Source: Candidatus Borrarchaeum weybense (lineage in GTDB: Archaea; Asgardarchaeota; Sifarchaeia; Borrarchaeales; Borrarchaeaceae). Taken from it: a DNA stretch of 64,000 nucleotides. How positions within the stretch are numbered: the first letter of the stretch is position 1; each line of letters starts with the position of its first letter. The stretch spans positions 1,201,068 through 1,265,067 of the forward strand of contig JAHQJS010000004.1 of assembly GCA_019057385.1 (NCBI GenBank), in the 5' to 3' direction. A program made the translations under genes and the position numbers. Positions 18,914 to 29,083 of the stretch are shown here, piece by piece. The notes below the pieces were generated by a model, which did not search any database, had not been told where the DNA came from, and saw nothing but the letters and a program-made list of their open reading frames with translations.

Positions 18914-19811
18914 ACTGCTTAATAATTTTATAAGTTTAAAATGTACATAAAGCCATTTATCTTAATTTGAAATAATCAAACCCTAAAATTCGAATAGAAA
19001 ATACTTTTTAACGCAAGGAAAACGTTAGAAACTCACTAAAAATTCTAATCTTACTTTATATCCCTGCAGGTATCAAATTCTATCCTTTCCTCGTTGATTA
19101 AAATGGGTTCAACATAGAAGGAATATTCGATCAAACGGAAACTGTCAAAGTTCTCCTCTTTTGTTCCTTCTCTGAATTAGTGAACTAACTCACTATTAAA
19201 TCCCTCACACCAATATTTGAAATGAATTTTATAAATATAACGGGTTGGAAAATATTAGACTAAATAGTATTTTTTCATTTCATTCTTTTATTGTTACTTA
19301 CCATCGCACTCTGATGCTTTTTATGAAAAGTGATGTTCTTGCCGATTTTTAACTTTGTCATTTTTTCCTACCAGTTTAATATAACTGATATAAAGAAAAT
19401 ATTGAAATACTAGAGCGTGGAGAAGAATTGATATTAATATAGGGAAAATTTTGACTGGAATGCCAGGTACAGCGCTTTACGTTGCCGGAATATTTAGGAT
19501 GAACAATGAATCAATAAGAGATCTTTAAATATTGAAGGGAGGTTTTAAGAATATCTTTTTTTAGTAAGCCTATATTAATCACTTTTGAAAAAACATCGTT
19601 ACATTTATATGTATCAAATTAAAAATAATAGTCAATAATATATGCAAGATAATTTGTAGTTCTATTGAATACTAAATGAAGTAATTGAAGAAATTCTTTT
19701 TGAATTACTCGTTAAACAATTTCCTATCTTGTTCTTCACTTAGAAGATAGTAAAGGTCTTTTAGAAGTTGCCAGTTCTACACGTTTGTTTGCAATATGGA
19801 TGAAAGTAAGT

Positions 19812-20993
19812 ATGAGTTCAAATACCGTAGAAGACGTTTTTTCAAAGGGTTTTGTAAGCGTCAATGAAAATGAAACACTCTCTAATTGCTTCTCGCTCTT
19901 TAAAGAAGAATTAACACCAGTCTTAATTGTTTTAAACAGTAAAGGCCGATATAAGGGTATATTGACACTCCGATCGATAATCAGGTCGAGGTTCGATCCA
20001 TCCACAACTAAAGTAAACACCTTAATGCGTTCTGCGCCTGCTATTACAGTGCAGGATTCTCTTAGTAAAGTTGCTCGATTGATGATAGAGAGTGAAGTTA
20101 AAGAACTTCCAGTTTACAGTAGTGAAAAACTCGTAGGAGTAATTAAAGACGAAGATATCATTCATGAAGCTGTCATCAATGAATGGGGAGACACAAAAGT
20201 TAAGGAAATAATGAGCAAAAAACCATTTGTTGTTGAAGAGGATGATTCAGTAGCAGAAATAATAAGTCTCTTTAAAGATCAAGGCATTTCTCACGCACCT
20301 GTTGTGTATAAGGGTAAACCAACTGGAATGATAAGCATTCAAGATATTATTGACAGCGTTTACATCCCAAAAGAAAGTGAAACATCTACTGAAAGACGGG
20401 GGGCAGGAGAAAATATCAAAGTTATGAGTGCAAAAGTGAGTGGTATAATGTCAAAGCCACTCATTACGGTTTCGCCTGAAACTAATTTGCGAGAGACCGC
20501 AGAGAAAATGCATGAATTTGATATTTCCTCATTGGCGGTTGTCAGTGATGAAAGGATTGTAGGCATTGTGACAAAAAGAGATTTTCTTGAACCAATTGCA
20601 CAAATAGAGCCGAAAGGTAGGTTTCTCATACAATTTACCATTAAAGATGTGAACATAGACGATACCCAAGAAAAAATGATTATGGATGATTTCGAATCGT
20701 TCGAAAATAGATTTGAAGAAACACTAGAAGCCGGTACACTTTTCGTCTACCTGAAAAGTCATGGCGCAAACATCAAGGGAGATCAACTTGTTCATTGCCG
20801 TCTTCATATGCGATCAAGAAAAGGCTACTTCTTCAGTTCTAGTGAAGGGTGGGGGGTAGAAGAAACCTTCCGCCTGGCGTTGGATAGACTTGAAAGAAAA
20901 ATTTTGAAAAGCAAAACATTTCAAGCCGATCCAGAATTTGCTAAAACATATTTACGACGATTCCCTATAGTTGAAGACAAGAGGAAGTTCTAA
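19812..20993 (+). CDS. 4xCBS protein with C-terminal HPF/RaiA-like domain (candidate ribosome hibernation factor)
   Basis: Four CBS repeats, then HCRLHMR...FFSSSEGWGVEETFRLALDRLERKI; start may be 19800 or 19785. Confidence 0.75.
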   Translation: MSSNTVEDVFSKGFVSVNENETLSNCFSLFKEELTPVLIVLNSKGRYKGILTLRSIIRSRFDPSTTKVNTLMRSAPAITVQDSLSKVARLMIESEVKELPVYSSEKLVGVIKDEDIIHEAVINEWGDTKVKEIMSKKPFVVEEDDSVAEIISLFKDQGISHAPVVYKGKPTGMISIQDIIDSVYIPKESETSTERRGAGENIKVMSAKVSGIMSKPLITVSPETNLRETAEKMHEFDISSLAVVSDERIVGIVTKRDFLEPIAQIEPKGRFLIQFTIKDVNIDDTQEKMIMDDFESFENRFEETLEAGTLFVYLKSHGANIKGDQLVHCRLHMRSRKGYFFSSSEGWGVEETFRLALDRLERKILKSKTFQADPEFAKTYLRRFPIVEDKRKF

Positions 20994-21047
20994 AAGCAAA
21001 GCATTTCAATACGATCCAGAATTTGCTAGGACGTATTTAAGACGATT
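20907..21047 (+). repeat. Imperfect 56-bp tandem duplication of the gene's 3' end
   Basis: 20907-20962 versus 20992-21047, sharing CGATCCAGAATTTGCTA. Confidence 0.85.
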
Positions 21048-21159
21048 TTACATGACGTATCTCTAAGAAAAACCAAAATTAAAACAAACAAATCAAATCT
21101 ATGGTTTAGTTTGCTTTCTGTAATATACTAGGCGTAAAATAATTCAAAATTGAGTTGAA

Positions 21160-22092
21160 ATGATGTCCAACTATATCCAAAAAATTATCGATAACGTAGC
21201 TGAAAATTTACGTATTAGTTATCTCATTAGTTTCATAACCAGTTCTTCCCTCTTTTTAGTCCTGATGTTACTTTATAATTGGGATATAAGCAGTTTTACT
21301 GAATTAACATTCCTTTTAATCCTGACTGCGATTTCAGGAGTTACAATGCGATTTTTGAGTGGCTGGGGGTTAATTCTCACATATGCTATGGTTTGCTCCT
21401 ACGTATTAAAGATATTTTCAGGTTTTATAAAGGGTAGAAAAACTAGTGGAAAGATATTCAAGGCACTCCTCTTGGGCGTAACAGGTATAATATGGGGGTA
21501 TGGGGGTTACGTATTTATAACAGCTGTTTTTTACATGCGCACCCTTTCATTCATTGAGGAGTGGATCAGCCTTCTTTTTGGTATATGGTCTTTAATAGTC
21601 TTGGTTTATCTTGTTCCTGTAATCTGGGGTAAATACCAACCTCTTGCCGAAGAGAGACTCAGAGATAGGATAAAGGGAAAACTTGGAGGACTCAAATATT
21701 CTATCTGGAGCGGATACAAGTCAAAGATTCGTAAAGATTACGGAAAAGTATATGCTGCAGAATATGAACGCTATAAAACAGAAATAGAAGATATTCGAGA
21801 CCAATTAAGTGGAATCTTATTGCTCCCATTCACGTTCATGTTGATTGCCTTTCTTCCTCTTATGGGAGTTACCATCATCTTGTGGATTAGATTATTCTCG
21901 CATCATAAAAAACCATTTACAATTGGAGAAAGAATCTTACTATCACTTGTTCTTGCTGGAATCTTAACAATAAGCACGTTAATACTTTTATTTGTCGATA
22001 TAACAGCATTAATGACCTTTTTTAACATATCCTATGCTATGGGTATTTTTTCAGGAGTTGTTTTATTGATATATGTCATCATCAAATCTTAG
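21160..22092 (+). CDS. Multi-pass membrane protein of unknown function
   Basis: 310-aa ORF with several hydrophobic helices. Confidence 0.7.
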   Translation: MMSNYIQKIIDNVAENLRISYLISFITSSSLFLVLMLLYNWDISSFTELTFLLILTAISGVTMRFLSGWGLILTYAMVCSYVLKIFSGFIKGRKTSGKIFKALLLGVTGIIWGYGGYVFITAVFYMRTLSFIEEWISLLFGIWSLIVLVYLVPVIWGKYQPLAEERLRDRIKGKLGGLKYSIWSGYKSKIRKDYGKVYAAEYERYKTEIEDIRDQLSGILLLPFTFMLIAFLPLMGVTIILWIRLFSHHKKPFTIGERILLSLVLAGILTISTLILLFVDITALMTFFNISYAMGIFSGVVLLIYVIIKS

Positions 22093-22263
22093 CGTGGTGA
22101 CATTCTTCGAGTTTATCGCTTTTTCGTTAAGAAGGTTAAAAAACAGAATTTCATATAAAAAAATAGGAGGCGACTGTAATTATGGGTAGCAGTGATCATA
22201 CTGATCGTCATTTTCGGGGCAAAAAGACTTTCCAGTAAACCAAGAAATAAGAGGTGATTAAAA

Positions 22264-22722
22264 ATGTATACAAAAATTTTACTTGCAACTGATGGATCGG
22301 ACAACGCTAATCGTGCGGCCGAACGGGTAATTGAATTTCAGAAAAAATGGAATAGCAAAGTGGTCTTATTTCATTCTATAAGGCAAAAAATGATTCCAAA
22401 ATTGATAATTACTTTGCCTGGTCAGGCATATGCCATTCCAAGGGCTGTTTATGACGAAACTAGAAAAAAACACGAGAATGCGGGAGAGAAGATATTGGCC
22501 GAAACTAAGAAAATGTTTGATGATGCAGGTATGCCTGTTGAAACTCGATTAATCAAATACGAAAAGCCAGAGGATTATATCTTAAATATTCTTGAAAAAG
22601 AATACTTTGACCTAATAGTATTAGGAAGTAAAGGCCATTCCACACTAGAACGTATTTTTTCAGGATCGGTTACTCAAGAAGTTTTAAACAACGCGTACTG
22701 CGATTTACTCGTTGTTCGCTAA
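22264..22722 (+). CDS. Universal stress protein
   Basis: KILLATDGS...DLIVLGSKG...GSVTQEVL; SD GAGGTGA. Confidence 0.92.
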   Translation: MYTKILLATDGSDNANRAAERVIEFQKKWNSKVVLFHSIRQKMIPKLIITLPGQAYAIPRAVYDETRKKHENAGEKILAETKKMFDDAGMPVETRLIKYEKPEDYILNILEKEYFDLIVLGSKGHSTLERIFSGSVTQEVLNNAYCDLLVVR

Positions 22723-22879
22723 TTTTTTTAATTCAATTTTAATTGAATTTTCAGAAAATTGAATTCAATAGGAGTAATATTATTTGACTAATTCGACCCT
22801 TTATGGAAAAAAGACTTCTCAAAAAGGAACCTCTTTTACAGAAATAATCCATATACTTATCGGAACTATTCTTGTGGCC

Positions 22880-23239
22880 TCAATTTTTCTTAACTTTTTT
22901 ATCTTTTGATTCTTCCGATACGTCTATTTCTTCTAATACGTCTTCTAACTCTTCCATCAGAGCTCCATGATGTTGACCATAACTTTTGCCAATGACTTGG
23001 TTATCTTTGTGTGCTAGTTTACTAGGAACTTCTGGCAATACTGGTTCTTTCGCATACTTTATCCCATCCTCTTTCAAAGAATGTACTTCTTCTGTTAAAT
23101 CTTCGATTGAGTCTCTTAACGCAATAATTTCTTTCTTTATTCCTTTGGGAGGTGCTCTTTTCTTTTTATGCATGTGTCCCTTATGAATTTTCAATCCGTG
23201 TAGGTTCTTGCAAACCTTGCCACAGATTTCGCATTGCAT
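22880..23239 (-). CDS. C2H2 zinc-finger protein with coiled coil
   Basis: MQCEICGKVCKNLHGLKIHKGHMH; start moved to ATG 23239. Confidence 0.7.
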   Translation of the reverse strand: MQCEICGKVCKNLHGLKIHKGHMHKKKRAPPKGIKKEIIALRDSIEDLTEEVHSLKEDGIKYAKEPVLPEVPSKLAHKDNQVIGKSYGQHHGALMEELEDVLEEIDVSEESKDKKVKKN

Positions 23240-23613
23240 TTTTTTAACTTTGATGATTGCGTGAATTATCATATTGATAATTGATTTACATAAGCAGTTT
23301 TCTGTCCTAAAAACTTGTACATGAACCATTTCAAGAATAAAAAAGATAATCTTATTCTACTTTCCATTTCTTGCGATTCATTGGACTTTTTAATTCAAAA
23401 AGCTACGTAATCTTTTTGGGACAATAATAGTTTTAAAATAGCCGAGATATAAGAACATAGCGTTCGTAATAAATACGCGATAATTCTTTAATCACAAAAT
23501 ATCATTCAATTGTCGAGAATAGCCAACTTTATGATAAAATAATTCATAGAATGCCTAGCAAAAGCATCTTAATCGTTCTCCTTTTCGATATCGTAAAATA
23601 AGGGTATTAAAAA

Positions 23614-23922
23614 ATGGAATGGATCGAAAATAAACAAGAAATGAAAATGCGTGGCTCTCTTTCAGTTTTAGAACGAGAAGACAGTCTATACAAGATTGTT
23701 GTTGATAAACCTTCTATATACTGGATAGAGACAGGTAATGGTTACTATATTGAGTACTGTTTGAGCGATAGTTACTATACTGATTACAGTATTTCTGTCC
23801 TAAAATACGATGAAAATACTAATGAATGGACTATTCCCGTTATAAATCGTTTTGAGAGTACGTACGAAGAAATGGAAGACGTAGTTGAATTTTTTAAAAA
23901 GAAGTATGACGCACTTGGATAA
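23614..23922 (+). CDS. Hypothetical protein
   Basis: 102-aa ORF with plausible ATG; no motif recognised. Confidence 0.5.
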   Translation: MEWIENKQEMKMRGSLSVLEREDSLYKIVVDKPSIYWIETGNGYYIEYCLSDSYYTDYSISVLKYDENTNEWTIPVINRFESTYEEMEDVVEFFKKKYDALG

Positions 23923-24036
23923 CTGTGAATATTATTATTAAAGAACGACTAGAAATCTAAAGAAATGGCTTTTCGAGAGCCAGAAGTGGAGGTTTGAATT
24001 CTATAGTTCTTTTAGACAAACCCCCCATAAATTTAT

Positions 24037-25407
24037 TTACCAGCCTAATAAGGCTGAAATCAGGAAAATATAACCAGTTGCAACAACGAGATTTACAATT
24101 GTAATGAGCGTGCCTAATTTCATAAATTCAAGCCATGAAATCCCATTTCCTTCCTTTTTTAAGAGTCCAATCGCCACTATGTTCGCGACACCACCTATTG
24201 GAGTTAAATTTGCCCCTAGATTCGCACCTAGGATTGTGGACCAGATAATGGCTGTTTCGCTAAAACCGCCCGTTGTAGCAATAGTTGGGATGACAAAGAT
24301 CAATACTGCTGTAACACTAATGTTGTCCATAAATCCGGAAAGAATGGCACTCAACCATATTATAATAAACCAGAGGAGATATTTATTATCACCGGCCACG
24401 ATACTTATAGATTCCGCAAATATATCTAAGAGCCCTACTTTATGAGCACCACCTACAAGAATAAAAATGGCTACAAAAAATATCGCCATCTCCCAATCTA
24501 TTTGTCTCAGAATGATCTCTATCCTCGTATCTGAAAAGAGAATAAAAAGAATGGCACTAGTCAATGCGACGACATAGAATGGCATATTTATGAAACTGGC
24601 AATTATAAATGCTGCGATTGTTCCTATCAACAAAATTGCGGCAATATAGAACACCCTACGACTCCTGACGACTTGCCACTCATCCAAACCTAGAAAAGTC
24701 CTTTTAAGATCTACAGATATATTCGCGGTTTCTTCTTGCATTTTTTTGCCGTAAAGTAACTTAAATAAGAATAAATTAGTTATGACAAGAAGTACGCCGA
24801 TTGGAAGACCAAGGACAATAAATCCTTCATAGGAAAGAAAATATTTATGAGCAAGATCATAATTAGATGCTACAAGGATGTTTACGAATGAACTAATAAC
24901 AGTAGAGACACCAGCAGAGTTAGCAGTCATAATCTCACTAACAATGAAGGGTACAGGATCCAAATGCATGTTTCTGGTAACGACAAGTGTAAGTGCTCCA
25001 ACGATGATAAACGCTGGAGCGGCACCTAAAAGGGCAGAAAGACCAAAAGTAAGCAGATTCATGTAGAGAAAAATCTTGATAGGTTCTCCTTCTGTTAGCT
25101 TTATTATCTTAATTGTGATAAAGTCGAACAACCCAGATTCGCGTGACGCCTCAACAATCACTAAAACGGATACTACTATCGTTATTGTTCGCCAATGAAT
25201 TAATTCACCGAATAACTCTGCATCAGTAAAGATTTTAATACCTGAAGTCAGGAAGATAACTTTTACAAATAATATAACACCGATTCCCCCAAGCAAAGCT
25301 GCTAACGTTTTGTTCATTTTTTCTGTTGAAATAAGGACATATGTAGCGATTAGTATAATGGCAATCCCAATCATTGCGACGGTACTATTAACGGACATTG
25401 TTATCAA
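24037..25407 (-). CDS. ArsB/NhaD/CitM (IT superfamily) permease
   Basis: About 12 TM segments; IDWEMAIFF, SGFMDNI, GANLGANLTPIGGVAN. Confidence 0.85.
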   Translation of the reverse strand: MITMSVNSTVAMIGIAIILIATYVLISTEKMNKTLAALLGGIGVILFVKVIFLTSGIKIFTDAELFGELIHWRTITIVVSVLVIVEASRESGLFDFITIKIIKLTEGEPIKIFLYMNLLTFGLSALLGAAPAFIIVGALTLVVTRNMHLDPVPFIVSEIMTANSAGVSTVISSFVNILVASNYDLAHKYFLSYEGFIVLGLPIGVLLVITNLFLFKLLYGKKMQEETANISVDLKRTFLGLDEWQVVRSRRVFYIAAILLIGTIAAFIIASFINMPFYVVALTSAILFILFSDTRIEIILRQIDWEMAIFFVAIFILVGGAHKVGLLDIFAESISIVAGDNKYLLWFIIIWLSAILSGFMDNISVTAVLIFVIPTIATTGGFSETAIIWSTILGANLGANLTPIGGVANIVAIGLLKKEGNGISWLEFMKLGTLITIVNLVVATGYIFLISALLGW

Positions 25408-25965
25408 CTAAATAATGTTTTATTCTATATATTTAAACACTCAGAGAGAACCACGTAATTAGATGGCATATCTGAGTTAAAAGTTCTCCAACTTTCTAGA
25501 AAGTTAGCGAGAAATTCCCCAGAATTGGAGGGACAGTTAACAGAATAAAATACAGTTTTATTGGCTAACTAGCGAGAAGACCTACCAATTTATTGGGATT
25601 CTAAATAGAAATGAAGTCTCTGTTAGAGAGACAAATAATTAGATAATTTATATCCTTTTTAAAGCTTCTGGAAAAAAACAAAATCTTATATCGATAATTT
25701 TAAGGTCTCCTACATAAGGCATCGATATTTTATTGCTAAAAAAACGCTTTAAATTCAATTAGATATCAAATTAAACACTTTTACAAATTGATCATAAATC
25801 AAGGTTTAAGAAAAGCATTTAAAACAGATTTTATAAACTTTAAATCGTTAGAAGAAAATATTTTTTTGAAAATATGTTTCAAAATAAATGATTTTGTATT
25901 TTAAAAAGCAAGATCGCCTATTTCTTGATTATACCTTCTCTTTTTGATTTGCCGTAATAAAAACA

Positions 25966-26117
25966 TTTATAAGGTTATCGAAACATAACTATATATAGAT
26001 ATAGAAGATGCGGTTTTACAGATATCTAATTATTGAATTCATACTTGATGAACTTTTTTTAAAGAGAAATACGCATTAATTAGATATGGTGCCCCATTCT
26101 GAAAACTGATCCATCTT
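25966..26117 (+). promoter_or_regulatory. TATA box and long 5' leader hairpin of the first tfb
   Basis: TTTATAA 25966-72; AAGATG/CATCTT, CGGTTTT/AAAACTG and ATATCTAATTA/TAATTAGATAT pairings. Confidence 0.65.
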
Positions 26118-26140
26118 GAAAAGAGAATAGGGGTGATATA

Positions 26141-27106
26141 TTGAGTGAAGCATTAGAAACTAAGGGCAAAAACCAAATGAATTATAGTAAGAGCTTATTT
26201 AAAGGGGTGCATTGCATTGAGTGCGGTTCAACTGATATCATTTGGGATGAAACTCGCGGTGAAATTATTTGCAACAATTGTGGATTAGTTATCAAAGAAC
26301 ATATGATGGATATGGGACCTGAATGGAGGAGTTATACGGCGGAAGAACGAAAGAAAAGAAGCCGTGTAGGAAGCCCCATTAATTATTCTATTCATGACAA
26401 AGGCTTATCAACTATGATTGGTCGTGAAAATAGAGATACTTATGGCAAAAAACTTGGCCCCAGCCGACGTGCTGAAATTTATAGATTAAGAAAATGGCAA
26501 CGACGAATACGAATCCATAGTTCACGTGAACGAAATCTTATTCGAGCGTTAAGCGAACTAGATCGTTTAGCGAGTCAAATGGGCATTCCACGATCTATAA
26601 AAGAAGAAGTGGCAATGATTTATCGCAAGGCGTTAGAAAGTGGAATTAGTAGAAGTACTTCAATCGAAGAACTAGTTGCTGCCGCGCTATATGCTGTCTG
26701 TCGAATCAGAAAAATACCTCGGACCTTAGATGAAGTTGCAGAAAAATCGCACATCAGAAAAATTAAACTTGGAAAAGCATTTCGACAACTTGTCAGAAAG
26801 GTTAATGTAACAATCCCAATTAGTTCTCCAATTGATTTTATTCCACGATTTTCCAACGAACTAGAACTCTCTGGAAAGGTTGCAAACAGAGCAAAAGAAA
26901 TCCTCGACGAAGCAAAAGAAGAAGGCATCACAGCTGGAAAAGACCCAACAGGAATGGCTGCTGCTGCACTTTATGTAGCAGGAATAATCGAGAATGAACG
27001 ACGAACACAACGAGAAATCGCACGGGTTGCCCGAGTCACCGAGGTAACAGTTCGAAATCGATACAAAGAAATAGTACGAGAACTTGGGATTTCAGCAACT
27101 CCTTAA
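26141..27106 (+). CDS. tfb: Transcription initiation factor IIB
   Basis: CIECG...CNNCG Zn ribbon, GPEWR B-reader, two cyclin repeats, VTEVTVRNRY. Confidence 0.96.
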   Translation: MSEALETKGKNQMNYSKSLFKGVHCIECGSTDIIWDETRGEIICNNCGLVIKEHMMDMGPEWRSYTAEERKKRSRVGSPINYSIHDKGLSTMIGRENRDTYGKKLGPSRRAEIYRLRKWQRRIRIHSSRERNLIRALSELDRLASQMGIPRSIKEEVAMIYRKALESGISRSTSIEELVAAALYAVCRIRKIPRTLDEVAEKSHIRKIKLGKAFRQLVRKVNVTIPISSPIDFIPRFSNELELSGKVANRAKEILDEAKEEGITAGKDPTGMAAAALYVAGIIENERRTQREIARVARVTEVTVRNRYKEIVRELGISATP

Positions 27107-27231
27107 GTACCCCCACTAGATACTACTCTTTTTTAATTTGATTTTTTTTGACTGTTTTGGAACTATTCAACGTTTAAGTTCAATTTTTTTGAGATCAGTT
27201 CTATCTCAAACTAATCTCTAATTGGATTATC

Positions 27232-27379
27232 TTTAAATATGTTGTAAACTAATATGGGGTATAAGAGATGCGTTTACGGGATTTTTGATATAATGAAGTT
27301 GCAAATGAAAATCTTCTTTTATTTGTATTCTGCACTTCAAGATTTTTGCTATTCTAATCCGTAAACCAATCTATATACT
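27232..27379 (+). promoter_or_regulatory. TATA box and long 5' leader hairpin of the second tfb
   Basis: TTTAAATA 27232-39; GTTTACGG 27272-79/CCGTAAAC 27359-66, TGAAGT/ACTTCA, GTATA/TATAC. Confidence 0.65.
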
Positions 27380-27410
27380 TGATAGATTCAAGGCGAGGCG
27401 GTTTAAAACA

Positions 27411-28357
27411 ATGGAAAATTAGTAACTAATAAAAAACGAAGACCAGATTGCCATACAATCATTTGTACTGAATGTAGCTCAACCGATGTCGTGTGTGATG
27501 AAACTCGTGGTGAGATTACCTGCAATAGATGCGGCTTAGTTATTATAGAACACATAATTGATTTGGGACCAGAGTGGCGAAGCTATACAACTGAAGACCG
27601 AATGAAAAAAAGCCGTGTAGGAAGTCCCATTAATTACTCCATTCATGATAAAGGCCTATCTACTATGATTTGTTGGAGAAATCGAGATGCTAAAGGTCGA
27701 AAATTCTCACCTAGGCGACGTATAGAAGCATATAAATTGAGAAAGTGGCAAAAACGCACAAGAATTCGTAATGTTCGAGAAAGAAACCTTGTTCGGGCAT
27801 TAAGAGAGTTAAATCGTTTAGCAAGCCAGTTAAGTATTCCGCGATCTACAAAAGAAGAGGCTGTAATTATCTATCGCAAGGCAGTGGATAAAGGGTTGAG
27901 TAGAGGCATAAATATGGAAACATTAGTTGCAGCCGCACTGTATACTGCCTGTCGAGCCCGAAGAATTCCACGTACCTTAGATGAAATCGCAGAAAAGTCA
28001 CAAACTAGCAAAAAACACATTGGATCATGGTTTCGACGACTTGTTAGAAAGATGAAGATTTCTATCCCTATAAGTAAACCGGTGGACTTTATCTCTAGAT
28101 TTTCTAATGAATTAGAGCTTTCGGGAAGAGTAATAAGTAGAGCTATAGAACTCCTTGAAGAAGCAAAAGAAGAGGGAATTACAAATGGGAAAGTCCCGAC
28201 TGGAATAGCCGCTACTGCACTCTATATTGCTGGAATCCTTGAAGATGAACGAAGAACAAAGCGAGAAATCTCACGAGTTGGACAAGTCACAGAAGTTACT
28301 GTTCGAAACAGATATAATGAATTCGTGGAGAATCTTGAGATAGAGATTATGGCATAA
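27411..28357 (+). CDS. tfb: Transcription initiation factor IIB paralog (start anomalous)
   Basis: Full TFB motifs; the first Zn-ribbon pair CTEC (27464-75) lies upstream of the first in-frame GTG (27491); the SD-linked ATG 27411 is one base out of frame. Confidence 0.85.
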
Positions 28358-28682
28358 GTGATTTGCTGAACTCAATTCTTTTTTATTATTTTTTGTTGAT
28401 CGTTAATGATTAATTTCTTGAAGTTCTCATCAATTGAAACTATATAATGATTTGTTTCCTATTTCTTTTAGTAGACTTCAACAACTTTCTCCTGAGACAA
28501 TATCTGTGAAGGATTTTCTTATCAAGAATGATTAACGGTTTTTCAGATTTATGCGGTTGATTGGAAATATTTCTGAATTGGTATGAGTCCCGTACAACCG
28601 AAAGTCCTATAAGGTCGAGCAGAATATGTTAAGATACAAATATCGTAGTGCAGAGTTTCTAATCCTGCTGCGAAAAAGAAAG

Positions 28683-29075
28683 GTGGTATCTCTGAATTTA
28701 GTTTTAATCCCTGTAGATGGATCTATTCGCTCAGAAAAATCAATCGAATTTGCTTCAAGTATTCTAGACCATTCCATAAAAGTAATTGTATTCCATGTTA
28801 TGAAACCTGGCGGTAATTTAAATGAAGCAAATACCTTTGTTAATCGAGCTAAAGACACCTTAGAGAAATCTGGATTCGAAAATATTAAAACAGAAATAGC
28901 TGAATCACTAAGCGATCCTAGTGAAGAAATACTGAACAAGATTTCCCGAGAAAACATAGATTTTGTAATTATAAGCGCTTATGGTTATGGAAAAAGTGAA
29001 GAGAGCAAGGAAATTGGATCAGTTACCCTGAGTGTTGTTAATCGAGCAAAGTGCTCCATAATCGTGGTTAAGTGA
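28683..29075 (+). CDS. Universal stress protein
   Basis: VLIPVDGS...DFVIISAYG...IGSVTLSVV; start GTG 28683 or CTG 28692. Confidence 0.85.
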   Translation: MVSLNLVLIPVDGSIRSEKSIEFASSILDHSIKVIVFHVMKPGGNLNEANTFVNRAKDTLEKSGFENIKTEIAESLSDPSEEILNKISRENIDFVIISAYGYGKSEESKEIGSVTLSVVNRAKCSIIVVK

Positions 29076-29083
29076 TTTACCCG

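Noticed and set aside
18914-19780. Long AT-rich intergenic stretch (also 25408-25960)
   Set aside because: No repeat array, credible ORF or RNA signature could be supported by eye.
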